Shown: positions 28,846-41,726, counted from the first letter of the stretch. The stretch is 64,000 nucleotides of DNA from Gemmatimonadales bacterium (GCA_965249575.1 OZ252244.1:399127-463126); one strand, 5' to 3'. Notes: generated by a model not told the origin, from the sequence alone. Translations and numbers: made by a program.

Positions 28846-29988
28846 GTGAAGAGTTGGCTGCTGGTCTTATCAATTGGGATCATTCCGACTGCTCGAGCCC
28901 AAGAGCTCCCGGGCCGGCAGATCGCACCAGAAGCGGCCGTCTTTGAAGCTGTACGAAGCGGTGTCCTACGCATCGACGCCGGTCTTCGGCATGGCACCGC
29001 CTTCCTTGTCGACACCCTCGGTGGCGTGCTCGTTACTACCGATCACGTGATTGGTGACGGCAGAGATCTCAGCATCAAGGTCGATTCGGCCACGCGCGTC
29101 CCAGTGCAAATCGTGGGGCGAGACCGTGATGCGGATCTCGCAATTCTGCGGATCGATCTTTCAACCTGTCAGCACTGCAGCAGGCTCTCATTGGCAACGC
29201 ATGCCACTGAGGACGTACCGCTCGCGCATCCCGGGGAGCGGGTGATGGCCTTAGGATATCCGCTGAGCCAGGGTTTGGTTCTCACGACTGGGATAGTCAG
29301 CAGCATCCGGCGCGGCGTCGTTATCTCTGACATCAACACAAACCCAGGCAACTCCGGCGGGCCGTTGGTCAACATGGCCGGTGAGGTGATCGGCATCAAT
29401 ACGTTTGCTGACCAATCGCCTCGGATCGGTCCCGGCATATCGGGAGCGTTGGTCGTGGGAGAGCTGTCCTCCCTCATCGCTCGTGCAGAAATGACCATTG
29501 GCGACCTGCCCACGCCGCCAGCAGGCCGACTGCCAGTCATGCCCGCTATGAATTACCCCGTCGACGTACTCCGCAGCGTTGCTGACACCCTCCCCCTTGA
29601 AGTATACGACAGGTCCATAGGTATCAGATTGGGGATGTTCAACGTCACGGTGATCACGCCGCTGATGCAATTTGCCTTCATAAGATCCGCGACCGAGCGG
29701 CAGTCGCGAGGTCGTCGCGCTCGAGAGGAACGCGCCGGTGTGCCAAAGAGTGGCCGCTACCGGTCCCAGGGTTACCGTGACTGGAACCAATATGTTGGAG
29801 ATGAGACCGCCCCCGTAATCGGGATAAGCGTAGAGGCGCGGCTGGCGGGACAGATTACGGGAGATGTGCAGGGCGACGTGGAAGAGGTTCAGATCTTCCG
29901 AGCCGGTCGTCTCGTATATCCTGTCCGAGGAGGGAGGTCGGCTGAACGCATTGGGGAGGATGTGATTTACGGCAGCACGCATCCGTGA
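28846..29988 (+). CDS. Trypsin-like (S1/S1C) serine protease, secreted
   Basis: A GTG start after GAGG gives VKSWLLVLSIGIIPTARAQ (signal). TTDHV (His), DLAILRI (Asp) and TNPGNSGGPLVN (Ser) form the triad context. Confidence 0.75.
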   Translation: MKSWLLVLSIGIIPTARAQELPGRQIAPEAAVFEAVRSGVLRIDAGLRHGTAFLVDTLGGVLVTTDHVIGDGRDLSIKVDSATRVPVQIVGRDRDADLAILRIDLSTCQHCSRLSLATHATEDVPLAHPGERVMALGYPLSQGLVLTTGIVSSIRRGVVISDINTNPGNSGGPLVNMAGEVIGINTFADQSPRIGPGISGALVVGELSSLIARAEMTIGDLPTPPAGRLPVMPAMNYPVDVLRSVADTLPLEVYDRSIGIRLGMFNVTVITPLMQFAFIRSATERQSRGRRAREERAGVPKSGRYRSQGYRDWNQYVGDETAPVIGISVEARLAGQITGDVQGDVEEVQIFRAGRLVYPVRGGRSAERIGEDVIYGSTHP

Positions 29989-30006
29989 CCAAGGAGGAGG
30001 AACCCC

Positions 30007-31170
30007 GTGACCGAAAGGGGAAGGCACAAACATCGAAGGGGCGTGTTCAGGCGGTCCAAGTCTCCATACTACTGGGCCGACTATGTAGATGCGGCTGGGC
30101 GACGCCATCGCCGCTCAACTGGCAAGGAGACACGCCGCGAGGCAGAGCAGGTCCGAGCCAAGTGGCTGGGCGAGAAACCAGGCGTGCTTGTGGACCCCGC
30201 ATTCGAGGAATTAGTAGAGGATCTACGGGCGGACTACGACGCCCAAGACCAACGTTCGTGGAGAAGGGTCGAACAGGCTCTGACGCACCTGCGGCTTGTC
30301 TTCGGCAACAGAAGGGCTAGTCGGATAACTGCACGCGCAGTGAGAGACTACCGAAATGCGCGTTGTGATGCGGGGGCTGCCAAGAGCACGGTGGCCTACG
30401 AGCTGGCAGTGCTCCAGAGGATGTTCAACCTCGGGAAGCGAAACGAGAAACTGGACACCATACCGACGTTTCCGGAGTTGCGGGTCAACAACGCTCGCGA
30501 CGAGTACATCACCGAGGGTGAGTTCGCTGGACTCATGGTCGAGTTATCGACGCCGCTTCTGGGGTTCGTTGCTTTTCGGTATTGCACGGGCTGGTGCGAC
30601 GGAGAGACGTTACGCCTGCGGTGGACGCAGATCGACTGGAAGAACGGCGAAGTCTTCGTTGAGCGAGGTGCAGCGTCAAAGAACTACGAACCGCGACGCT
30701 TCCCATTTCACAATTACCCCGAGCTGCGAGGGGTCCTCGAATCGCAACGAGCCTACACACAGGAGTGCGAGCGTCGCACGGGGCAGGAGATCGAGTTGGT
30801 GTTTCACCGAGAGGGCCAGCCGATCAGAACGTTCCGAAGGGCATGGGTAGGTGCCTGCAAGCGCGTCGGCGCGATTGCTCGTGACGGGCGGCCGAAGCGC
30901 CCGCACGATCTGTGTCGGAGCGCCGCACGCCGAATGGAACAGGCCGGTATCCCGCGCAGCATCGCCAGGGCTTTATTCGGGCGCCGTACCGAAAGCATCT
31001 TCACACGGTACGCCGTGGTGGACGCCGGTCGCGACCTAGCAGCCGGTACGGAACGCCTGGCTTCACTGGCGAAAAGGCACATTATAGGCACACCAGCGGC
31101 GGAATATCACAAATATGGCGCTCCCGCTGACACAGGAACGCCATACACCACAGCGAGTTATGAACAATAG
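30007..31170 (+). CDS. int: Tyrosine-type site-specific integrase (catalytic residues apparently substituted)
   Basis: Phage-integrase architecture. The C-terminal ..HDLCRSAARRMEQAGIP...LFGRRTESIFTRYAVV is present and the stop codon overlaps the tRNA 3' end. See the findings for the R->C substitutions. Confidence 0.85.
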   Translation: MTERGRHKHRRGVFRRSKSPYYWADYVDAAGRRHRRSTGKETRREAEQVRAKWLGEKPGVLVDPAFEELVEDLRADYDAQDQRSWRRVEQALTHLRLVFGNRRASRITARAVRDYRNARCDAGAAKSTVAYELAVLQRMFNLGKRNEKLDTIPTFPELRVNNARDEYITEGEFAGLMVELSTPLLGFVAFRYCTGWCDGETLRLRWTQIDWKNGEVFVERGAASKNYEPRRFPFHNYPELRGVLESQRAYTQECERRTGQEIELVFHREGQPIRTFRRAWVGACKRVGAIARDGRPKRPHDLCRSAARRMEQAGIPRSIARALFGRRTESIFTRYAVVDAGRDLAAGTERLASLAKRHIIGTPAAEYHKYGAPADTGTPYTTASYEQ

Positions 31171-31210
31171 CGGAGGAGGGACTCGAACCCCCGACACGCG
31201 GATTATGATT
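31165..31210. repeat. attR: 46-bp direct repeat within/adjacent to tRNA-Met
   Basis: Identical to 22743-22788. Confidence 0.8.
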
Positions 31211-31241
31211 CCGCTGCTCTAACCAGCTGAGCTACTCCGCC
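31168..31241 (-). tRNA. tRNA-Met (anticodon CAT; elongator Met versus lysidine-modified Ile2 cannot be distinguished here)
   Basis: The minus strand reads GGCGGAGUAGCUCAGCUGGUUAGAGCAGCGGAAUCAUAAUCCGCGUGUCGGGGGUUCGAGUCCCUCCUCCGCUA. It folds as a cloverleaf by hand, with anticodon loop AUCAUAA, T-loop UUCGAGU and a G1-U72 closing pair. No CCA is encoded. Confidence 0.85.
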
Positions 31242-31249
31242 GAAGAGGT

Positions 31250-31372
31250 TCCGGGTTCCAGGTTCCAGTGGCACCGGTGTCACCGTTCGAATCCGGGTGC
31301 CACGCCTAACCCCCAATCCCCTGGCACATGGCACCTGGCCCCTGGAAAAAACTCTACCCCCTCAGTCCCCCA
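31250..31372. repeat. Intergenic heptamer-repeat locus C
   Basis: ccgggttccaggttccagtggcaccggtgtcacc ... cctaacccccaatcccctggcacatggcacctggcccctgg, between tRNA-Met and the ftsB stop. Confidence 0.6.
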
Positions 31373-31375
31373 CCA

Positions 31376-33676
<2,301 letters not shown>

Positions 33677-33680
33677 AAAG

Positions 33681-33792
33681 AGGCTTCAGGTCTCAGGTGT
33701 CGGGTGTCAGTGCTAACGGTGTCGGGTTCGACGTACGGCCGCCATGCCTGCCCCCGGGGATCTCCTGGCACCTCGCACCCGAAACCTGGCAC
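33681..33792. repeat. Intergenic heptamer-repeat locus D (hairpin-forming)
   Basis: caggtctcaggtgtcgggtgtcagtgc ... cctggcacctcgcacccgaaacctggcacctagg, between the thiL stop and the plsC start. Confidence 0.6.
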
Positions 33793-34755
33793 CTAGGCAA
33801 AATGCCCAAACGTCCCCTCCACCTCGACCGGCTTCCCTTCCCTTTCCACTGAGACGCCGTCTCCCTCTATGACTCGGCCGATCTCGGTGAGTGGGATTCC
33901 AAATTGCGCGGCGAAGTCGTCTATCAGTTCCCCACCCTTCGACGTGTCGAGCGCCACGAGTAGCTCGTACTCCTCGCCACCGACCAGGGCGTCGAGCGGG
34001 TCGTCGCTGCCTGAGTGTACGGGCACACGGCCGGCATCGAGGACGAGGGCGACACCCGACGCCGCGGCGAGGTGGCCGGCGTCCCGGGCGAGACCGTCGC
34101 TGAGATCGATCATCGTTCGCGCTCCCTTGTCGCGGAGCCACTGGGCCTCCGCGATCCGTGGCGTGGGACGGACGAATCGCTCGCGCGCGGTTCGCTCCGG
34201 CTCTCGGCCTGCCTGCCAGGCCCTGAGCGCGGCGTGCGGGCCGCCGAGCGCGCCGGTGACCCAGAGGCCGTCGCCCAGCCGAGCGCCGCCGCGACCGATC
34301 GCGGCGCCCTCGCCCTGCAATCGTCCGAGCACCGCGACGTCCACGATCGTGCGCTCGCTCCGAACGAGGTCACCCCCCAACACTGTTGCGCCGACCGAGG
34401 CCGCGGCCTCTCCGGCGCCAGCCACTAGCTCGCTCACGTGCTCCTCCGGCCATTCTTCGGAGACGCCGAGGCTCACCAGGATGCCGACCGGTGTCGCGGC
34501 GACCGCGGCCAGATCGGACAGCGCGCCGGCGGCCGCGCGCCAGCCGGCCTCGGCCGGGGAAATCCAGCCGAGCCGAAAGTGCACCCCCTCTACGGATAGA
34601 TCGGTCGAGAGGGCGAGCCGCTCCCCGCCCACGGTGACGATCGCGCAGTCCTCACCGCCCGCGGCGCCCCGGTCGCCCAAGCGGCGCCAGATGCCGCGAA
34701 TGCGGTCGAACTCACCGCCCGCACCGAGTGGCGTGTGGCTCACTCGACCGGTCAC
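33793..34755 (-). CDS. thiL: Thiamine-monophosphate kinase
   Basis: ..GEDCAIV..LALSTDLSVEGVHF..ALSDLAAVAATP.. shows AIR-synthase-like ThiL motifs. Confidence 0.85.
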   Translation of the reverse strand: MTGRVSHTPLGAGGEFDRIRGIWRRLGDRGAAGGEDCAIVTVGGERLALSTDLSVEGVHFRLGWISPAEAGWRAAAGALSDLAAVAATPVGILVSLGVSEEWPEEHVSELVAGAGEAAASVGATVLGGDLVRSERTIVDVAVLGRLQGEGAAIGRGGARLGDGLWVTGALGGPHAALRAWQAGREPERTARERFVRPTPRIAEAQWLRDKGARTMIDLSDGLARDAGHLAAASGVALVLDAGRVPVHSGSDDPLDALVGGEEYELLVALDTSKGGELIDDFAAQFGIPLTEIGRVIEGDGVSVEREGKPVEVEGTFGHFA

Positions 34756-36329
34756 GGGCTGAGCGCGGAACGCGAGAAACGCACGAGTCCGCGATCGGTG
34801 CCGACCCAGACGAACCGTTTGGTTGCGGCCAGGTCCCGCACCGGACCCGGAAGGTCGCCCGCAGCGTTGAAGGCCCGGAAATCCCTCGTGGCAAACCGGT
34901 AGAAGCCGAACCCCCGCTCGCCGCCCACCCAGACGCCCTCGTCGTCGGCCTCGAGCACCGACACGTAACCGACCGCCTGCGCGGCGAGCCGGTCTTCGGT
35001 CCAGATGCCGTCCGGGTCACGCCACGCGAGGTGCTGCGGCCCGGCGACGACCAGCGTCCCCTCCCGATGGGCGGTCGCGACGATAGTCCCGCGCAGGAAC
35101 GGCAGCGAGTGATACTTGGACGGCACGATGAGCGTCATCGACCGCGCCGTGGCAACGCCCAGACCGGCATCGGTACCGACCCACACGGTGTCCCCGGCGG
35201 CTGCCAGCGCGAGGACCGGCGCGCCCCGGCCGCCGTCCACTTGCTGGACGGCCCCTTCGCCATCGACGAGCGCGAGACCGCGCAGCGTCCCAACCCACAC
35301 GCCATACGGGCTCGGGGCAAGCCGGGTGGCCTGGCGGTCGGGCAGTCCCTCGCGGGTGCCCAGGACGCGCCCCGCCGAGCCGCGCTCGACCAGCACGACG
35401 CCGGCGTCGGTCGCCGCCCAGAGCACGTCATCGATCAGCACCAGATCCACAACTTGCCGAAAGCGGAAGCCCGCGATTCGCCCGCCCTCTTCGTACTCGA
35501 AGTCCTGTAAGTCCTCGGTCACGTGGGTGAAGCCCACCCGGTACGACCTGCCTCCGGTCCCGACCCACACGCCGTCGGGCCCCGCGACGACCGCGCTGAC
35601 CGCGTCGGCGAGCAAGCCAAACGGGTGGCGCTCGAATCGGGTGGTGAGGGGATCGACCTGGATGAGACCCAGCCCGTTGGTACCGAAGTAGACATCCTCC
35701 GTTTCGGCGACCGTGGCGGCACTGGTGTACTGATACGTCCTGAGCCGGTCGTCGGTGAGCACGTTCGCGCTCAACGTCTCGGCGAACGGGACGCTCCCGA
35801 TCACAACGCGGAGCCGTTGCGCGGCGACCCTGCGGCCTGGCGCCGGTACCTCGAACGCCGGCGTGGGTATGAGCGCCCCGCGGGCGAGAAACATCCACTG
35901 CCTTCCATCGGACAGGTACACCCCGCCGCCGGGATCGCGCTGGTCCAGCATGAGGTCGCGCACGCCGCCCGGGACCCCCACGACCTCGAGGTAATCGAGC
36001 ACCGGCCGGTAGTGCACCACCCCGGCGTCGCCCGCAATCCACACCGAGCCATCGATGGGGTCGGCGAGCGCGGCGTGCACTCGCTGGACCGGATATCCAT
36101 CGAGCGGCGTGACCGGCGGCTCCCATCGCTCGAACCGGCGGTCGAACACGGTGAGCCCTCCCCGGGTGGCCGCGAACACGGCCGTGCGGGACGCCGCGAC
36201 GGCCTCGACCCAGCCGAAGTCCGCCAACACCACCCGCTCGTCGGGCCGCCAACCGCGGGCGCCGCGCTGTCCCCAGGAGTCGGTCCCGCCGGCAAGCGCG
36301 GCGAGGAGAGCGAGCGCGCCGATTCTCAT
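34752..36329 (-). CDS. Secreted beta-propeller protein (two-component-regulator-propeller-like repeats)
   Basis: The start ATG 36329 overlaps the nnr stop (ATGA) and gives MRIGALALLAALAGG (signal). Repeated ..VWVGT..GL motifs follow. Confidence 0.6.
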   Translation of the reverse strand: MRIGALALLAALAGGTDSWGQRGARGWRPDERVVLADFGWVEAVAASRTAVFAATRGGLTVFDRRFERWEPPVTPLDGYPVQRVHAALADPIDGSVWIAGDAGVVHYRPVLDYLEVVGVPGGVRDLMLDQRDPGGGVYLSDGRQWMFLARGALIPTPAFEVPAPGRRVAAQRLRVVIGSVPFAETLSANVLTDDRLRTYQYTSAATVAETEDVYFGTNGLGLIQVDPLTTRFERHPFGLLADAVSAVVAGPDGVWVGTGGRSYRVGFTHVTEDLQDFEYEEGGRIAGFRFRQVVDLVLIDDVLWAATDAGVVLVERGSAGRVLGTREGLPDRQATRLAPSPYGVWVGTLRGLALVDGEGAVQQVDGGRGAPVLALAAAGDTVWVGTDAGLGVATARSMTLIVPSKYHSLPFLRGTIVATAHREGTLVVAGPQHLAWRDPDGIWTEDRLAAQAVGYVSVLEADDEGVWVGGERGFGFYRFATRDFRAFNAAGDLPGPVRDLAATKRFVWVGTDRGLVRFSRSALSP

Positions 36330-37861
36330 CACGCGAGCGCGGGGGGTGCCAGGTCGAGCAGGATCGGCGGCACGAGTATTGGAGGCTCCGCCAGCGCGCG
36401 CCACAGATCGGGGAGGCTTTCGAGCACGTCGGCCGGCCGGGTCGACCGCACCCCGTGGAGGGCGGCGGCCAGCTCCGCGCTCCTGCCCATCACCTGGGCG
36501 CCGAGTGCCGCGGCGTCTTGCGGTGCGAGCCCGCGTGCCAGGAACGCCGCGATGAACCCCGCGAGCACGTCCCCGGTCCCGCCGGTCGCGAGCGCCGGGT
36601 TGCCGGCGGCGACCACGAGGCTCGCCCTTCCGGGCGCGGCGATCACGGTCGGCACACCCTTGAGCAGCACGGTCGCGCCGGAGGCATTGGCTCCGGCCGC
36701 TGCGGCGGCGAATCGATCGTCGTCGACCTGTTGCGAGAGGTCGGGGAAGGCCGAACGGAACTCACCCACGTGGGGCGTGAGCACCCGCGGGCGACGCGTG
36801 GCTGGCCCACTCGGTATGGCATGCAGCGCGTCCGCGTCGACGACGATCGGCTTTTCGGTCTCTAGCAACGCCTTCACGAACGGACCGCGGTCCGGGTGGC
36901 GCCCGAGCCCGGGCCCGACGGCAATCGCGTCGGCCCACTCGAGGGCCTCCGCGAGCCCGGGGTCGACGTCGGGCCCCAGGCTCGTGGGAACCGTGAGAGC
37001 ATCCGGTAGGCTCGCCTGCGCGGCGCGAACGGTCGCCTCGGTCGCGGCGATCTTGGCGAGCCCCGCACCGGCCTCGAGCGCGGCCCGCGCGGCGTGAATC
37101 GCCGCTCCCGCCATCCCGTGATCGCCACCCACCACCAGCACCCGCCCCCTGTCGCCCTTGTGCATGTCCGCCCGAAACCCCGGCAGCCGTTCGCCAGCCC
37201 AGCGATCATCCACGACAGACGGCCAGTCCCGATCGGCCTCGGGGAACCCGATATCAATGGCCACCAATCGGCCGCACCGGTCGCGGGCCAGCAGGTGCCC
37301 TCGCCTCAAGCCCCCGAACGTGACGGTCAACGCTGCCCGCACCGGCCCATGAACCTCGCCGGTCGATAGGTCGAGACCGGTCGGTCCGTCAACGGCGGCG
37401 ATCGGCGATCCGTGCGCGGCCAGCCCCTCCGCCAGGTCACCGACCTTGCCCCTGAGCAGTCCCGACGCCCCGGTGCCGAGCAGCCCGTCGATGAGGACTC
37501 CCGCCCGCGGCCACTGTGCCGCTGAATTCATCAGCTCCACGCCCTCGTCCAGCGCCAGTTGGCGATTGGACTCGCAATCGGGCGACCGCTTGGATCCGGT
37601 TTCCACCGCCCATACCCGCGTGCCCATTGCCCGGAGCGCCCGGGCGATGACCCAGCCGTCGCCCCCATTGTTGCCGTGACCGGCGGCGACCAGGACACCT
37701 TCGCTACTTGCCAGCTTATCACCGAAATGCCGGGCCACGACCTGCGCCGCGCCGCGGCCCGCCGATTCCATGAGCACCCGGCTCGGTACCTTGGCGACTT
37801 CCCGGGCGCGGCGGTCCCAGGCCGCGGCCTGTGCGGCGTCTATGACTGGCAACAGTGACAT
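36329..37861 (-). CDS. nnr: Bifunctional NAD(P)H-hydrate repair enzyme (epimerase / ADP-dependent dehydratase)
   Basis: N-terminal YjeF_N (VLVAAGHGNNGGDGWV) and a C-terminal carbohydrate-kinase domain (TGGTGDVLAG). Confidence 0.85.
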   Translation of the reverse strand: MSLLPVIDAAQAAAWDRRAREVAKVPSRVLMESAGRGAAQVVARHFGDKLASSEGVLVAAGHGNNGGDGWVIARALRAMGTRVWAVETGSKRSPDCESNRQLALDEGVELMNSAAQWPRAGVLIDGLLGTGASGLLRGKVGDLAEGLAAHGSPIAAVDGPTGLDLSTGEVHGPVRAALTVTFGGLRRGHLLARDRCGRLVAIDIGFPEADRDWPSVVDDRWAGERLPGFRADMHKGDRGRVLVVGGDHGMAGAAIHAARAALEAGAGLAKIAATEATVRAAQASLPDALTVPTSLGPDVDPGLAEALEWADAIAVGPGLGRHPDRGPFVKALLETEKPIVVDADALHAIPSGPATRRPRVLTPHVGEFRSAFPDLSQQVDDDRFAAAAAGANASGATVLLKGVPTVIAAPGRASLVVAAGNPALATGGTGDVLAGFIAAFLARGLAPQDAAALGAQVMGRSAELAAALHGVRSTRPADVLESLPDLWRALAEPPILVPPILLDLAPPALA

Positions 37862-37956
37862 GGAATCAAGTATACGAGGAGCGGAGCGGGGGGGCCCGCG
37901 CGTCTTAAACGTCGCGGGGGCCGGCCCCGCATTCTACGTCATGCCCGATCGGGGCC

Positions 37957-38151
37957 CTACTTGAAGCTCTGCCCGATCGCTCGACCGAGCGAGATCTCGC
38001 CGTTATCGATTCTGAGATTGAAGCCGCAATCGGGGTTCGTGCAGACCCAGGCCTTGTAGGTGATGGGCGCCCCGTCACGCCCGTAGTCGGAGAGTGGAAT
38101 CAGCAGCCCGTTGGTACACTTCTGACACCCTGGCCATCCCTTCTCCTCCAT
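37957..38151 (-). CDS. Small zinc-ribbon protein
   Basis: 64 aa with CxxC (GCQKC) ... CxxxxC (CTNPDC). Confidence 0.5.
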   Translation of the reverse strand: MEEKGWPGCQKCTNGLLIPLSDYGRDGAPITYKAWVCTNPDCGFNLRIDNGEISLGRAIGQSFK

Positions 38152-38206
38152 GGTGCACCCCCAGTCTCCAACGCCGCCGGTTAGGGAAGGGCTCTGGCCC
38201 GACCCG

Positions 38207-38641
38207 CTACGGGGCTTCTACGGAGCGTCGCATCCCCGCCCACGGGTAATCACCGTCAAACGCGTTGGCAAAGTCGTAAACGGACACGAAGTCGTCAAGC
38301 TGATCGTCGGGCTGCCGCACGAGCAGGCCGATCTCGATCAACACGAATACGATGCGCCCGATGTCTTCCGTTCCCGAAACGCCCCAGTGCGACAGGACGG
38401 TTCGCGCGGTGAGGCCGAATCGCTCCACGGCGAAGTCCCGGCACGCCCAGGCCAGTTCCGCGCCCGAAATGTGGCGCCGCTCCGGCAACTGCTGCTGGCG
38501 GAATTCCAGGGCCGCGAGCACGAACAGGTATGCCCGCTCGTGGTACCGGCCATCCAGGGCCCGGATCCTGTCCAGGACCTCGTCTGAAAACCGAAGCTCG
38601 TTCACGGCTACAAAGGTGGGATTCCGGCGCTCAAGGAGCAA
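38207..38641 (-). CDS. Hypothetical protein (Minf_1886-like, tentative)
   Basis: 144-aa ORF: ..RYHERAYLFVLAALEF...HISGAELAWACRDFAVERFG.. The family assignment is from memory only. Confidence 0.45.
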   Translation of the reverse strand: MLLERRNPTFVAVNELRFSDEVLDRIRALDGRYHERAYLFVLAALEFRQQQLPERRHISGAELAWACRDFAVERFGLTARTVLSHWGVSGTEDIGRIVFVLIEIGLLVRQPDDQLDDFVSVYDFANAFDGDYPWAGMRRSVEAP

Positions 38642-38665
38642 GAGGGAGACCGCCGGCCCAGAGGC

Positions 38666-39930
<1,265 letters not shown>

Positions 39931-39934
<4 letters not shown>

Positions 39935-40371
39935 GTCTCCCTCTCGATTTTCTCGACTCGCCTCGTGTGGCGACCGCCTTCGAACGGGGCGTCCAACCAC
40001 CGCCTGAGAATCTCTACCCCAAAGTCGGCCTCGATGAACCGCGCCGGGAGTATCAGCACGTTCGCGTCGTTGTGCCGCCGCGCCAGCTCCGCGATCTCCG
40101 GCTATCAAGCGAGTGCCGCCCTCACACCCGGAAACCGATTGGCGGTGTAAGACATCCCGAGCCCGGTTCCGCACATCAGGATGCCGCGGCGCGCCGCACC
40201 GGAGCTCACCTCGTGGGCTACCGGTTTCGCGTAATCCGAGAAGTCCGTCGACTCATCCGAATGCGTGCCGAGATCGTCCGGCTGAAAGCCGAGCTTTTCC
40301 AGCTCGACCTTGATTCGCTCCTTCAGTCGGTAGCCCGCATGGTCCGACCCGATCGGAATACGTTCGCCCAT
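39931..40371 (-). pseudogene. rpiB: Ribose-5-phosphate isomerase B interrupted by tandem in-frame stops (TGA TAG)
   Basis: MGERIPIGSDHAGYRLKE...[26 protein letters not shown], then TGA TAG (40102-40107), then in-frame [52 protein letters not shown]. The total is 147 codons with no frame change. Confidence 0.8.
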
Positions 40372-40586
40372 GGCTCGCCTTCGGTCACGCCGCCGCCGCC
40401 CACGTCGCGCGGACGGCTCGGCTCGCCGCGTAAGTTTATTGCGGACTTGGGATTCGCGCCACCACATGTATGCTTTTTCGGGCGGGAGCGACTGCCCACC
40501 GCGCGCGGCACTGCCTGATTCAATTGCGCCTCCTACGACATTCCGGTAGTGTTTTCGGTCATCTCGGTCTCGGGCAGGGGGTTTCC

Positions 40587-41726
40587 ATGGCGGGTTTCGA
40601 GGGCATCAAGTGGGCTCCGCAGCAGATGCGGTATCTGCTGCAGGACAAGTCGTTCGAGCTGACCGACCCGGCTGCGAAGGCCTCCGCGGTTTCCCGTTCC
40701 ACTCATTACGGGATGTTTCTGGCGTTCGAGGGCATCCGTTTTTTCATGAAGAAGAACAGCCAGCGACAGCTCGAGGTCGTCTTTCTGAACGTGCGGAAGA
40801 ACTTCGAGCGGTTTCGGCGCAGCATGTCCTACAACCTGGGGCGGAGCCAGCAAGGACTCCTTCCAACGGTCGAGGAGCTGACCGATATCTTCGTCAACCG
40901 CTTTTTCAGTGCGCCCGAGATGCGTGAGTTCCTGGAAGAGAGCGCAGACCTCGGCGCCCAGGGGTACCTGCGCCCGTTCACGCTGGATGAAGAACAGTCG
41001 ATCGGGGTCACCTTCCCGGGCCAGCCTTCCATTCGAGCCGTCGTGAGCCGCTACGATCGGTATCTCGGCGAGCCGTTCTCGGGCGTGGCCGTCCCCAACC
41101 TCGTTCGTGCCGTCGCCGCCAACGGCACCGGGTGCCTCAAACTGGGCGTCAACTACCTGATGAGCGTAAAGGCCATCGACTACGCCAAGTCCATCGTGCC
41201 GGACGCGGCCTCGGCGCTGTTCCTAGACGACCAGACGCACATAATGCTCGAGAATCGGCACGTCACCGAGTGGGACTCTTCGTGCTGTCTCTTCGCCCTG
41301 CGCGACGGCACCGTCATCAAGATCCCCGAAGGCAAGCTGCTCCTCCCATCGATCACGATCTACGGGATCGTGTGCATTCTCCGACAGATGGGTGTCGAGG
41401 TCGTGGAGCGGGAGCTGACCTACGGTGAGCTAGTCGAAAAAGCGAAGGCCAACGAGATCGTCACGGTGTGCAGCGTCGGCACCGCGGGCATCCTGAGCCG
41501 CTGCCAGCAGGTCCTGCTGATCGACGAGAAGGGCAACACGCTCGCGACGCAGACGGCCATACCCGATCACGAGCTGTACGCCAAGCTCGGCGAGGCGCGG
41601 GATTACTACTGGGACATTTACCAGGAAAAGGTCTCGGTTCCCGAAGGCATGGAGCTCAACAAGTACCCGATCGGCGCGCACGAGCTTGCCCGTACCGCCA
41701 CCCCCCAGAAGAGCGCGACCAGGTGA
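40587..41726 (+). CDS. Class IV (branched-chain amino acid type) aminotransferase-like protein
   Basis: About 379 aa. ..GTGCLKLGVNYLMS.. is a K..NY context like the PLP lysine region, and ..ELTYGELV...EIVTVCSVGTAGIL.. follows. The family call is moderate. Confidence 0.6.
   Translation: MAGFEGIKWAPQQMRYLLQDKSFELTDPAAKASAVSRSTHYGMFLAFEGIRFFMKKNSQRQLEVVFLNVRKNFERFRRSMSYNLGRSQQGLLPTVEELTDIFVNRFFSAPEMREFLEESADLGAQGYLRPFTLDEEQSIGVTFPGQPSIRAVVSRYDRYLGEPFSGVAVPNLVRAVAANGTGCLKLGVNYLMSVKAIDYAKSIVPDAASALFLDDQTHIMLENRHVTEWDSSCCLFALRDGTVIKIPEGKLLLPSITIYGIVCILRQMGVEVVERELTYGELVEKAKANEIVTVCSVGTAGILSRCQQVLLIDEKGNTLATQTAIPDHELYAKLGEARDYYWDIYQEKVSVPEGMELNKYPIGAHELARTATPQKSATR

Larger units (their letters stand above)
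22743..31210. mobile_element. Integrative genomic island at tRNA-Met (degraded)
   Basis: It is bounded by the 46-bp direct repeat, with a tyrosine integrase adjacent to the tRNA. The interior alternates between high-GC gene fragments and clearly AT-richer genes (GT2, MBL hydrolase). Confidence 0.75.

Noticed and set aside
37862-37956. GC-rich hairpin (GGCCCCCGCG...CGCGGGCCCCC) as an intrinsic terminator between the zinc-ribbon gene and nnr
   Set aside because: The stem is imperfect and no U-tract follows it. The evidence was too weak to list it as a feature.
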